From NCBI GenBank assembly GCA_977030845.1, contig OZ365112.1:23560001-23624000 (forward strand): a stretch of 64,000 nucleotides of DNA, written 5' to 3'. The notes below the pieces were generated by a model. That model was not told the origin of the DNA and ran no database searches. It saw only the letters and a program-made list of their open reading frames with translations. Positions 51,301 through 63,300 of the stretch are shown here, piece by piece (position 1 is the stretch's first letter; each line of letters opens with the position of its first letter). The translations under genes were made by a program, and so were the position numbers. The DNA comes from Fimbriosthenelais zetlandica. Taxonomy: Eukaryota.

Positions 51301-54300
51301 ACATGCAGTAAGTGTCATCCTCTCCATTCCCTTCATAAAATCTAAGACAAAACCAGTAATTGATGGGCAAGTATCTGGCTGTTTACATTTAAAGCCTTGA
51401 TACCACATAATGCATTTGTTTAGTGTCCCCTCAAATCTCCACGTTGTCAATTTATGCAACAAAAAGGATCAATGGTGGACGGTTGATTGGTACAACAGTC
51501 ACCTTTAGCTGCGAGGATGGTTTCATCTTAACTGGTTCTGATAATCTTATGTGCACTTCTAATAATATCTGGGACCGTGAGACACCGACATGTGAACGTA
51601 AGTCCATCCATTCTATGCCTGACCATGGTCCGGTGGAATCATAATCATTTAACCAGCCATCGCCGATTTCCTGTTTTCTGATTATACAAATCTGAAGTGA
51701 AGCCATGATTTTCCAATAACACAAAGTATATACTATATTTTAATTTGGTTATCAGTGACTGCTGCCAGTGGCAGTGGCCCTGTCCCTGAGCTCATGTGTA
51801 AAGGTAAATGTGTGAAGGAAATTTGAACATGTCTACTTGATCTTTTCTTTATCATAAAAGCTTCTTCTGGGATGGCATGTAGCTCAATCCTCAATCCAAA
51901 CAATGGATTCAGAATGTGAGTTTTTTAAAATTCATTTTTAAACTCCATATACTTCCACATTTATATTTCATTCAGAATGTAATTCCAACATTTGGTTCCC
52001 TTGTTGGTTTTGAAATATTCTATTCTCGACCTTCCTATTTCTCAGTGTGATTGGTAGAAACATATCCTTCAATTGCAACGAAGGGTACCGATTGAATGGT
52101 CCCTCGTTTATCCTTTGTCTGCCAAATGGGCAATATACTCAACAGTTGCCAACTTGTGAACGTGAGTAGTTGACAACTAAGAACGTCTGTAGATTTTTTG
52201 GCTTTCCAAAAGTGCAATATTTGAGTAATTCGTCTCGACATATTTTATCAGTGTCTGCATCATGATGTAGCAGTGTTGATAGCTCTGTGTCCTTGTTTTA
52301 TTTTGTGTGTAGCGGCTGTTTGTGGTGATCTCCCACCATTACCTGCTGGTGTTGTCTCATGGCCTGAGATTGATCGCAGACAGTCCCCAGCATTTTACTG
52401 GCTCACATGTCGTCCAGGCTCCAACAAGGACTATGTACCTTTACGGTGTTCAATGGATGGCTTTTGGATTACCCCTGAGGATTGTGGGGGTCAGATGAAC
52501 TTTTAACTATTCATTTTTACTGGATTTTTTCTTGTGGTTTTTATTGACTTTGACCTGTAGGAAGATTACTTCAGTGTTTCCACCCTTCATTCCAATGACC
52601 TTTTCCACACTATGTCCATCTTGTTTCGTCTAAAGAATTGATGCTTGATCCTTAAAATATTTGCTTTCAAATTCTTACTCTTTATCTGATTTTATTGATC
52701 AATTTCTTTCTCTCTTCCAGGACCCTTTCAGTGTTTTCCCTGTTTGCTGTTCCCTCCTGTCCCTTTTCCCTCATTTTAATACCTTTTAATGAATGAATGA
52801 CATTATATAAATATGGAATTTATTCATACCTGTATACTGACTTTGATTCCGACAGTTTTAAGATATGGATTAGCTAGTACTAGTTAACCATCCTATCTTT
52901 TGCTAATAGGTAGAACCAAATTTTATTTAAATCTTTTTTCCACATTTTTCCTTATTTCAATAGTGGTGCAATGCCCAGCCATCAACCAAATACGAAACGG
53001 TTACGCCAAGTAAGTTGCAAGACCGAAATTAATTGAGTTACCATGCTATGCCAGGTTGGAGACTTATAAGTGAGTTGACATTTATTGAAATGCAAACTTA
53101 TGGTGATAGAAATGATGCTATACGAATAGTGAGTATGGAAGCCAATACATAGGCCTACTGAAAGAGCAATTTTGGGGGGAGATCTCAGAGAAAGCAATTG
53201 AGTTTAAGATGTAGTTTTTAAATTCTAGTTTTATACTTACCAGTCTCTATTACATTTCTAATTAGTTTTTAACGTTTCTTAGTATTAGTGAGACTGAGAC
53301 CACGTTCACTTGCTTCCAAGGCTTCTCAATAGTTGGTCCGGCACGGATCGTCTGCCAGCGAGACGGCACATGGAGTGGTCCGGTACCAACTTGTGAACGT
53401 GAGATAACAGTCCTTTAGTTCCTGAATTGAATTTTGATATGAATTAGAGCAGGTTTTCTGTAATCAAAGATTTGAATTCCCACCTACTACACCATTCCAA
53501 AGAAAATCTAATAGTAACATTCCATCGCTCCAGGGACATCTACTCCACAGTGCGTCGATTTGCTGGACCCAATCAATGGATTCATTGTGTAGGTTACATT
53601 CTGGGTGATGGTTCCACGTGCCTTTTTACAAATAATTCACAGCTGCTGCAGGCAAAAAATGCTATATGATTTTCCAAATTTTACCTCTGATTCTTTGGCG
53701 AGAATGACCTCATTCAAAGTATTGTGCAGTATTACGCTTTAAAATTTGTTCTCGTTCTTTCCATTAGGCGGGAAGGGGACACAAACGTGGGATCAAAGAT
53801 CACTTTCTTCTGTAATCGTGGATTTAGACTGACAGGCAATGGAAATCTAACCTGTCAGAGTAACATGGAATGGGATCAACCAACCCCACGGTGTGTTCCA
53901 TGTAAGTAGTTGAGTGTCGACAAAAATCGAGCAAGGGGTTCCCTTTATTCCTCTTCTGCCCTGATGCAGACTCCTTGAAAAAGGCTCTCTCCTCTTTTCG
54001 TATCTTCTGAAGAGGAAAACAGAATTTACTCTTCTGGTGCTAGAGCAAACTTGGGATGAGACTGGCTAGGGAATGGATCTAATCTTGGAGAAATGTTTTC
54101 AGCATGGGCAAGGTAGAAGTTTGTTTGAGTGTATGTCCTGCAGTGGGCATGATGTGAACGATGGCTTTCATTGCATTTCTCGGGCTGGATGAATGAATTG
54201 ACTCACAGCTGAAAATATATGAGCACATAATTACTCCTCAGAATAGCAAGCATATAATGAAACAACTCACAGATGTCGTCAAATAGCAAGCACCCTTTTG

Positions 54301-57300
54301 ACCTCAACGGTTTTTGGCTGGGCTTTTATCATGCAATCTCAAGATCAAAACTGTCAATGTGTTGAAACTCCATCTTCTCTTTTTACCTTTGATTTTAGTT
54401 TTGATATCACTGTTGTCTATGATGCTTCTTTTATCTGATACAAATCGAATGAAATTTTACCAAACGTTAAAATATACATTGGTTTATATCTGTCACCACC
54501 AAAATAAAATCACATAACTCACATGCTTTGTTTGTACAGGTATTAAAGCAACATATTTATTTTTTATCAATCATCTGCAAACAGCTGCAACTGTCACTGA
54601 CTGTGGACCTTTACCAAACTTGGATGGCACCAGGGGTCAATGGAACCCTGGCCAGGGCACATCCAGTGGTTCAAGACATACTATACAATGTCAAAATGGC
54701 CTTGCCCCTCCCGTCGTCACCGCATTCTGCTCTCAGGATGGTCAATGGCAATACATTGATGGCATTTGCCGAGCAGGAGGTCAGAAAATCAAATGCTCCC
54801 AATACAGTGGTTACATTAGCACGATAACATTAACAGCTCCTCCTGCACATTACAGACAGAACGAGCATTATGTTCATCTTTGTCATCATCATGCTGGCGT
54901 TACCATTGTCTTTTTCTCTTCACGGCCCCAATGGGCTTTTCTTGTGGTGAACTGCTGTTAGATTGCACAAACTACATGTATCTCTTCCTCGTCTCCTTCC
55001 ATACAGTTTCTTCATGTCTCTTGTATTATATACACAGTATAGGTTTGTGTGCCACTGGTTATGGTGGCCTCATGTATGTGAGCTAATGTGATTGTACCTG
55101 TTCTCATCACCATTTTCTCTGTACTCCGCTTTCAGATGTGGGACCGGAATAAGATTACTTTACAATATTCACTGTGTCCCATATATAGGCTCTTCTTTAT
55201 TATTTTTATTATCACCCCACCCCATATTTCTTGCCATATTTGCTATATTCTTGCTTCTTTGCAGGTTTCCAGTTTCTATGTGTTTACTCTTGATTTCTCG
55301 CTGCCGCCATGCATTTCCTGTCATAACCAAAGTGTTTTACTTTTGAGCGCTGATTAATTAACAATAAGCTTTTTCTTTGCTCCTGCATCTTAAACACCCT
55401 TATTTAATTTCCAATATTCATCCTGTCTTGAAAATAAAACTTGCAGGTTCTGTGGAGGACTCAGAATGTTACTCTGCAATGGGCTGTTGAAACTATTGGA
55501 AAGCATTTCATAAACCAATAATCTATAATTTATAAAAGACTCATTCCTACCAAGTTAACGTTGATCTAACTTTCAAATTAGAACAATTCTAATACTGCAT
55601 TAATTACTCAAAATTAAACTTTGGAAATGATTACATATTGTAACAGAAATATTCAATATTTTATAGGATCTGTTTGGAAATGAATTTAAACATACCATTT
55701 TAATAATGCAACCAAAGTAAATCATACCAACTATTATTCTCTATTCATACGTATTCCTTGATAATATTGAAAGATATTGATATTAAATGTCCTTTATTTA
55801 ATTTTTGCAGCTTCAAGATGTCAAAACCCTGGTGGCATTCGAAATGGAAGAATAGAGTAAGCACTTGTTTTTGATTACATTAAATTATTCATCCTAAAGT
55901 CAAGTCTTTAGGTATTTTTTGACTGATAGTGGAGTGTATTTTCACTTGATGTACACACCACATTGCGAAACCATCAAAAAGATACCTAGAATGTCTCTGA
56001 TTGAATCTTTCCACTATTTAACAGAAGGATCAGTAATGAAGATTTCACTGTGGGTACAGTGGTCACCTACATCTGTGACCGAGGCTACAATCTACAGGGA
56101 GACAGGAGCATTGTCTGCAGAGATAACCTTCAGTTCACCCCCAATCCTCCAGTCTGTTCCCGTAAGATGACAGTTTAATCTCTCTAACATAACACCATAC
56201 CAGCACGAATGTATAAGAAAGTTTACTGTTTCAGGACTGATGATCATACATGTATCATAATGCTTCACATTTCCATTGCCAACTTATAATCTGAGAATGA
56301 CAAGGAATCTTCTGTTGCTAAGCATTTTGGGGATTTTTTTGCTCTCCTTAATTTGCCAGTCTGTCCATTCATCTCACTAATAAACCAAAGATTGAAACAA
56401 ACCAACAGCCCGGGGCTGGCTGCAATCAATGCATGCAAGCAGTTGAATGGCATGCTGGATACTAGTGACATCACAAGCAATGTTGAAAGTATATTCTTCT
56501 GCCAGTGATCCTCCGCTTTCTTGTAACTCGTTGATAATGCGTTCTCAGAATCCATTTTTGTACGGTCATTTTGTTCTTTTCTACTAGCATCTTCTACGGG
56601 CTGTGGAGCATTACCTTTCATTCCCAATATTCGGATCTCTGATTTGCCTACTAACCCCACTGGTACAGAGACCCTCAATGTGCGTTGTGAACGTGGTTTT
56701 TCACCGTCCACCATCACTATCAACTGTATAGGTGGGAGGTGGACACCCTCCCAGCAATGTATTCGTAAGTCTCAAGCACATGAATTCACATTCTCCTCAT
56801 TTTTACCAAATATTTTATTTACGCTGAATTAATCTTCAACTCGTCATGTCTGAAAATTAATTCCTTCATGTGAATACCACCCTTTTTGCTATATTAATTC
56901 CAAAATATAATTTTATTTTTGCGAATTAATACTTAATTAATACTCATTCTGTTTAATGTAAATATTCACTTTTCTGCATTATTAATTTGAATGATTTTTT
57001 GTTATTAACTTTTAACACTATGTTGGCTTTTTGCTCACACCTTACAACTTGCTTTATTTATGCAGCCATTGACTGTGGCAACCAGATTCCAGATACTCTC
57101 TCCTTAGGAGGAGGACTTGAGGATGGTGCGCGTACATCATATGGCTCGACTCACAGCCTGCCCTGCCCAGACGGCTTTACGCCGCTCAGGATCACCATCT
57201 CCTGCTCTGAGAGAGCCACCTGGGAATCCAACCAAAACTGCACATGTCAGTCTTTATCTCATGTGTATCTCTCTCTTTTGTGAGAGAAGTACCAATGAGA

Positions 57301-60300
57301 GATGCAGCTCACACGTGTTTCAAAATGTCATTGATATTCAGAGTGGAGTTCGGGGAGACAAGCCCCCAAAACGACCAAACGATAATTTTTACATTCAGTT
57401 TTCAAGAAACCGATAGAATACCTTAAGAGACTAAGAGTTTTGAACCGTGACCTCTTTTATTTTGCTCTTGGTTGTAGGGAATTTGGTTTAAAAAGATAAT
57501 TTGAAGTCTAGCTTTAATAATTCATAGAATTATGTAAATTGCATACCTTTAAAATAATAAGTGAACTCTTCATTTTACAGCCATGCCCGACTGTCCAAAT
57601 ATCATTTCACCACCTGACGGAACTATGATGTAAGTAAGATTGTAAATCCATGGAAACCAGCATACTTACTGACATGATTTCTAAGAACATGTAAATTGAC
57701 TAATGTACTCACCGTTTCACCTATTCTCTTTCTAGTATCAACGGAACACTCCTCAGATTTTCCTGTAACCCTGGCTTCCGATTGTCTGGCCCACCAGAAA
57801 TCCTCTGTTCTGCAGGAATCTGGACGGACAATCCACCGACCTGTTTGCGTAAGTAAATGATTAAGCTTTGACTGCATGCTTCTGGTGTATGGTCACCATG
57901 CTTGTTTAGTTACCTTGATTTCATCATCTATATGCTCTGATTAAATCATGTATGTAACTAACATAGATTGTAAACATTTACATGACATAGTTTAAGTAGA
58001 TCCATTCACTATTAACATATCTAACATTGATTCACCTGATGTCAGCAACAATCTGCGAGGACTCGTTTCCCACCGTACCTAACGTAGTCAGAAGTACCAT
58101 ACCTGATTTTCCTAACCCACGAGCCGCTGGAGAACCGATCGTTCTCCAGTGTGAGACCGGATTCTCCCCTGAGACTGTTACTGTACAATGCACAGAAGAC
58201 GCAGAGTGGAACGTCAGCAGCCGCTGTGAAGGTTACCATTCTCACGTTTGATAATGTTTTACAAAACCTGATCAGAACAAATAGTGCAGTTGATATAGTA
58301 AATCTTCACAAACCATCAAAATTTAGGATGACCCATCACAATAATTATATTCATGATATTCCACCTATTGTGCCCTGGAAGTCGAAGCATCATTATTATT
58401 ATTTGAAGACATTTTGGACAACGTAGAGCATGAGATTTTCATGTTTCGTGTATCTCAATTCGGCCAGACTGTGTTAGAAAATTCACAAGCATGACACAAT
58501 TGATTATTAGTTGCATGTAATACATTGATGATTTTACAGTTCCAATGATAGGGCGTTGTTCCCTGCGCCTTGACCCCGGCACCTGCGATTTCGATGTGAC
58601 ACTTTATTATTACAATGTATTAACTGATCGGTGTGAGGAATTCGTGTATGGAGGTTGTGGGGGCAATGACAATCGCTTCAGCACAGAACTGGAATGTCAA
58701 AACACATGTGGTGGTGAAGGTGAACAAATTTTAAAGATATGATGGATACACTTGCTCAGGCTATAACAGTTGTACTTTGATGCGAAAGAACAAACTTTAA
58801 ATTTAATATTCGGTTAATATTCTATTAAAATAAATTTCCTGAGGAGGTGGTATCTTGATTCATCTTTCACTGTCGATTTGTGTTTCACATTTGATATAAT
58901 TCATCAGATTATTATCTAATCTGATCCTGCATGCTTTGTCTAATCCAACTCAGCTTTTCAGCTCGGCGATACACGCATATCTTAACATCTTTTCACATGT
59001 TCAAGTTGTACCTTGAACTATATTCATTAAAGATAAAATCGTCCAGATCCTAACCAAATGGAAATAGTTTTTTGTTAGCATGTTCTTACGATATAATTTA
59101 GGAAGAGAATGATTGCAATTGCTCATATCTTAGGTTTTATTGTGACCTTTCAGCTATTCCCGGGACCTGCATTGCCCCAGTTATTCAAGGAGAGGTAGAG
59201 CTGGCCAGGTAAGATTCTCCCTTTCTTTATAACAATCACTGCCTGTGGAACATTTCTGTGGAACATTCCTAAAGTAACACTATACAATGATAACATCCAT
59301 TCTGTCTTTCAGATTTGAAGGCAACCGCCTGATAATCACCTGCAGGCCTGGATATGCCCTGGATAGATCAGACTATGAAATCATCTGCCTCACTACAGGA
59401 AACGTGAACATTCTTAACGGCATTCTACCTGCTTGTCGAGGTATTCAGCCATAGTTTAGTAATTTTCAAACCCGGGGTTCCTTTTCATTGTATGTGTAAA
59501 ATAGTACGGATATGGCCTCTGCGTTTCACTGGCATAGAAACCTGAAGGTCCACCATTTAATGTTCCAAAAATACAGTTTCCCCTGTAACATGCTAAAACT
59601 GGAGGTGTCAATAATTGTGGGAGCCATATGTCATGATAGGGCACCTGAAAGAAGAGCCACAAATACAATAATGAACAGACAATACTTGATACCATGAGCA
59701 CTGTTGAAAGGATCAGTAGATTGAGATTGAGACAGGCCTTTTGGAAAGCATAACTATATGAATAACAATCCTATACAAACATGGTGAGGTGATTATTATA
59801 TTAAATGGTTTTTCAGCACTACATAATCCAAGTACATAAAGCCCCAGAGGTGGTACACACACACATTAACCTAAGTTTTGCATAATGAGACTGAATAGTA
59901 GACCGATATATCATGTTTAGAAGTTTAGACTGCTGGGCTTCATTTTAGACTGGAATTTGCTCTTTTATAGTATGAGATTATATACGTCGGTATGTAAAAT
60001 AAAAAAAACTGGGTAATTGTATATATATTTATAGCTACATGTGTATTTCTTGCCATACTGTGTGTTATGAGTAAAAAGAAGCTAATTGGGAATATACAGC
60101 AGGAAGCTAATTGGGAATATACTCATTTTTAATCATGGTAGTACTGTGTCAGAGTAAAGGAACAGTACTAGGGGTTAGTGGTGTTGTTGGGTATGGTAAG
60201 AGGTATGGGCTGCCTAGTTGGCAATGCTTACTAGGTGATCAAGGTGACTGGAGGACTCGGCCCCGGAGCAGCAGGGACATGGTCAGTAGTTACATGATGT

Positions 60301-63300
60301 CAGTTTACTGCCCAGTCTAACACTCACTGCTTCCAGAGCACTCAAACATGTACACTCCAACAGAACATCATAGTCCAGGACATCACCCAACACCAAAATG
60401 TAGCCAGTGAAATGGCAGGGCTAAAGTCAGCATAAAACAGAAAGCAAAATAGTCTACTCTGACCATAGGTTGTGATGTTCTTCAATGACTGGTCTGGTGA
60501 TATGTCAAAAAACAACTTTACATCTTCTCTGAGAATCACCTCTTCCAAGTGAATTATGCTATTGGGGCTATGATAGGTTTTTCTGTCTGTTTGAGGTAGC
60601 ACGTATTCACTGCTAGTGCTTGAACATCGTCTTGTCAAGTCTCTCTTTTGGTGTCTTATGATCATTGTGGCTTCTTCATTTTGTCAGAAGTTGACAGGAA
60701 AATACTGTCATCACATTTTTGCAGTCATGAGTGACACATCAATGCCATAGTATTGACACAATATTCAAAGCTTTACATGCAGACATGTACAAGGGTTTTT
60801 AGTCAACTCCACCACCTATAGGTATTGGGGAAAGCAATATTATGAGTTTGATATATTGGTATGATTTCTGAAAATGAAATTTATACAGTTGGTCTGAAAT
60901 AATTAGTATGTAACTTTGACTCCTTTCCACAATTCCAGCAATTGAAGCAGGCTGCAACTCCCGAATTGTAAATGGAGAATTAAGGTCAGTCTTAACACTT
61001 ATTTGCTATAACCACTATCTCCCAACTTCTCTAGCCCTGCTTCAATCATTAATGGTTTGATTTAAACATTCATTGCTTGACTTTCCAGTTCATCCAATAA
61101 TCCACCCCGACCAGGAGATTTGGCAAGGCTTGCCTGTGAACTTGGATATGACCCCAGCTCAACAGATTTCTTTAGATGTGTAAGTGACGGACGGTGGGAA
61201 AATGTGAACGACGGAAGAGCACCTGAATGCAGAGGTACAGTCTCAGGTTTTAACCAGTCTCTCAGTTTTTCTTTTTCCTGTAAGCTCTTTTCATTCTTTA
61301 AAACCAATAAGTTATTTAAGAACAATAAAGATTCACAGTCGTGTCATGTGATATCCAAGTTCATTAGCAGACTACACAGTACCTTGATATTCCTTTTTTC
61401 TCCATATCTTACCTACTCGTGTCATCATAAAACAACTTAACAATCACTAAACTTTACATTCCTTGTTTATTACCTATAATATTCTACATCCATTGTTCCT
61501 GTCTGATTAACATGATCTTTGCTTTCTTTAAATAATGAATTGTTCTTCTGTTAGTTCTTTTCCAGTTATTACTATGTCCCGAATTCATAATTTCCTTTAC
61601 TTCCTCTGGTTTTCACTAATTAGAGGTCCTAACATAGCACAAACCTAACAAACTTCTTATAAACAAAACTGGTGTACTCTACTTTGTAATGGTTGAAGAA
61701 TCTTAAAGATACATTTTCATATGGTAGTAATTGTGATGTTCAACTTGTTGTCAGGGACAGCATAGACCGTACAACAATATGAAGGTTTTATCAGGAAAAG
61801 TAAAGACTAACCTATGATGGGTCTCGTGGTTGGTCAGGGAATGCTTGGGTTGGGAAAGTGGCAGGAAACGCTAATCCTGCTGGGTCTGGTGTTGCTTTTT
61901 ATACAAGTGTGGACTCTGTGGTCTTATTGGATTTGGCAACTTAATGACATAGTTAGGTTAGATATAGAGCAATCCCAAAATTCCCCGTGCACATCCCTGC
62001 TGTAGGTATACATACGACATATAAAGTTTGCCATATTCTCCCTAATCATCACACCCATGCGCCTAGGTAAAAATGGCCGTGGAGATGTCAGTTTTTGCTT
62101 CCTATCGCCTGAGACTGGGCCCTGTCGGGACTATATCACACATTTCCACTACAACGAAATAACGGGCGTATGTGAGACATTTACTTACGGAGGCTGCGGA
62201 GGCAATGGAAACAACTTTTATAGCAAGATCGATTGTGAACAAACATGTAGCCAAACAGGTTGGGATTCTGCAAATAATTTGATAAATATGCACCTTTTGT
62301 AGTTAGCAAATTATTTTCTATTTCTTTTCATGTCCTAGATGATTTATAGAGCTACTAGGTTAAGTGTGCTATTGCCTTTCTCTTAGGCCGGATAGTCTTT
62401 ATCAACTGTTTTATCAAATTTTGTTTTTGTCATGTCAATGTGAGTCTATTTTAAAAAGGATTTGCTGCACCATCCATTAACCTCTGCTATGAGCCTCTCA
62501 ACCCTGGACCTTGTCAGGGCCTGGAAAACCGGTTCTACTTTAACATCCAAAGTAAAGAGTGTGAACCTTTCCTATATGGGGGCTGTGGAGGCAACCAGAA
62601 CAAGTTCCAGACAAAGAAAGATTGTGAAGATATTTGTGGAAGAGGTGCGAAATGAATTATTCCTCATGGTCCATCGCACAAGGAAGTAGACACGGGTTTC
62701 ATGGGTTGGCACAACAGTTACTGTCACGGACCATTTTTGTACCCCTTTTCTTCAATGTTGGCATAGATAGGAGGGCTTTGTCATTCCATGCAGGAGGGAC
62801 TGGATGCACTAGAATAACAGAAAGTGATATGAATGAGTACCTATCGTAGACCATGTATAGTGATAGTGATGAACAGTTAATAGTGTAGGGGTAGTTAATT
62901 AACATACTTTTCACGTAGGATTCCTCCTGGACCGAGGAGGTTTGCCATATTAGTTTAATTATCATCTACAGATTAAAGGTTAGGGTGGCGAGTAGACATA
63001 TACATCTTGCTTTTATGCTTGTAAACATATTAAACATCGTCTGCTTCTTGTTCAATCATTGAAACAGACTATTAACAGAGAACAAACCCAGCGAAATCTT
63101 TATGACATATGACGTGTTGGCACCTTGTCAAACTAAGGGCTATTGCATGATTTCATAACTGAGACCTTTACAGGCAAGGGTTTCTTCTCTTTCTATGAGT
63201 CTATCCAATTGTGTGTTGCGGTTTACAGATTTGTTCTTGTTTTCTGTCCCTTGTATATCTGTTTGGAACAGGTTCGATCAGTACATGTTAAGTCTTGTTT

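Noticed and set aside
56265-56723. 152-aa minus-strand ORF
   Set aside because: Partly antisense to exon 56588-56764, with no domain signature.
60342-60665. 107-aa minus-strand ORF in the 1.5-kb intron
   Set aside because: No recognisable motif or exon structure; length is compatible with chance. BLASTx and stranded RNA-seq would settle it.
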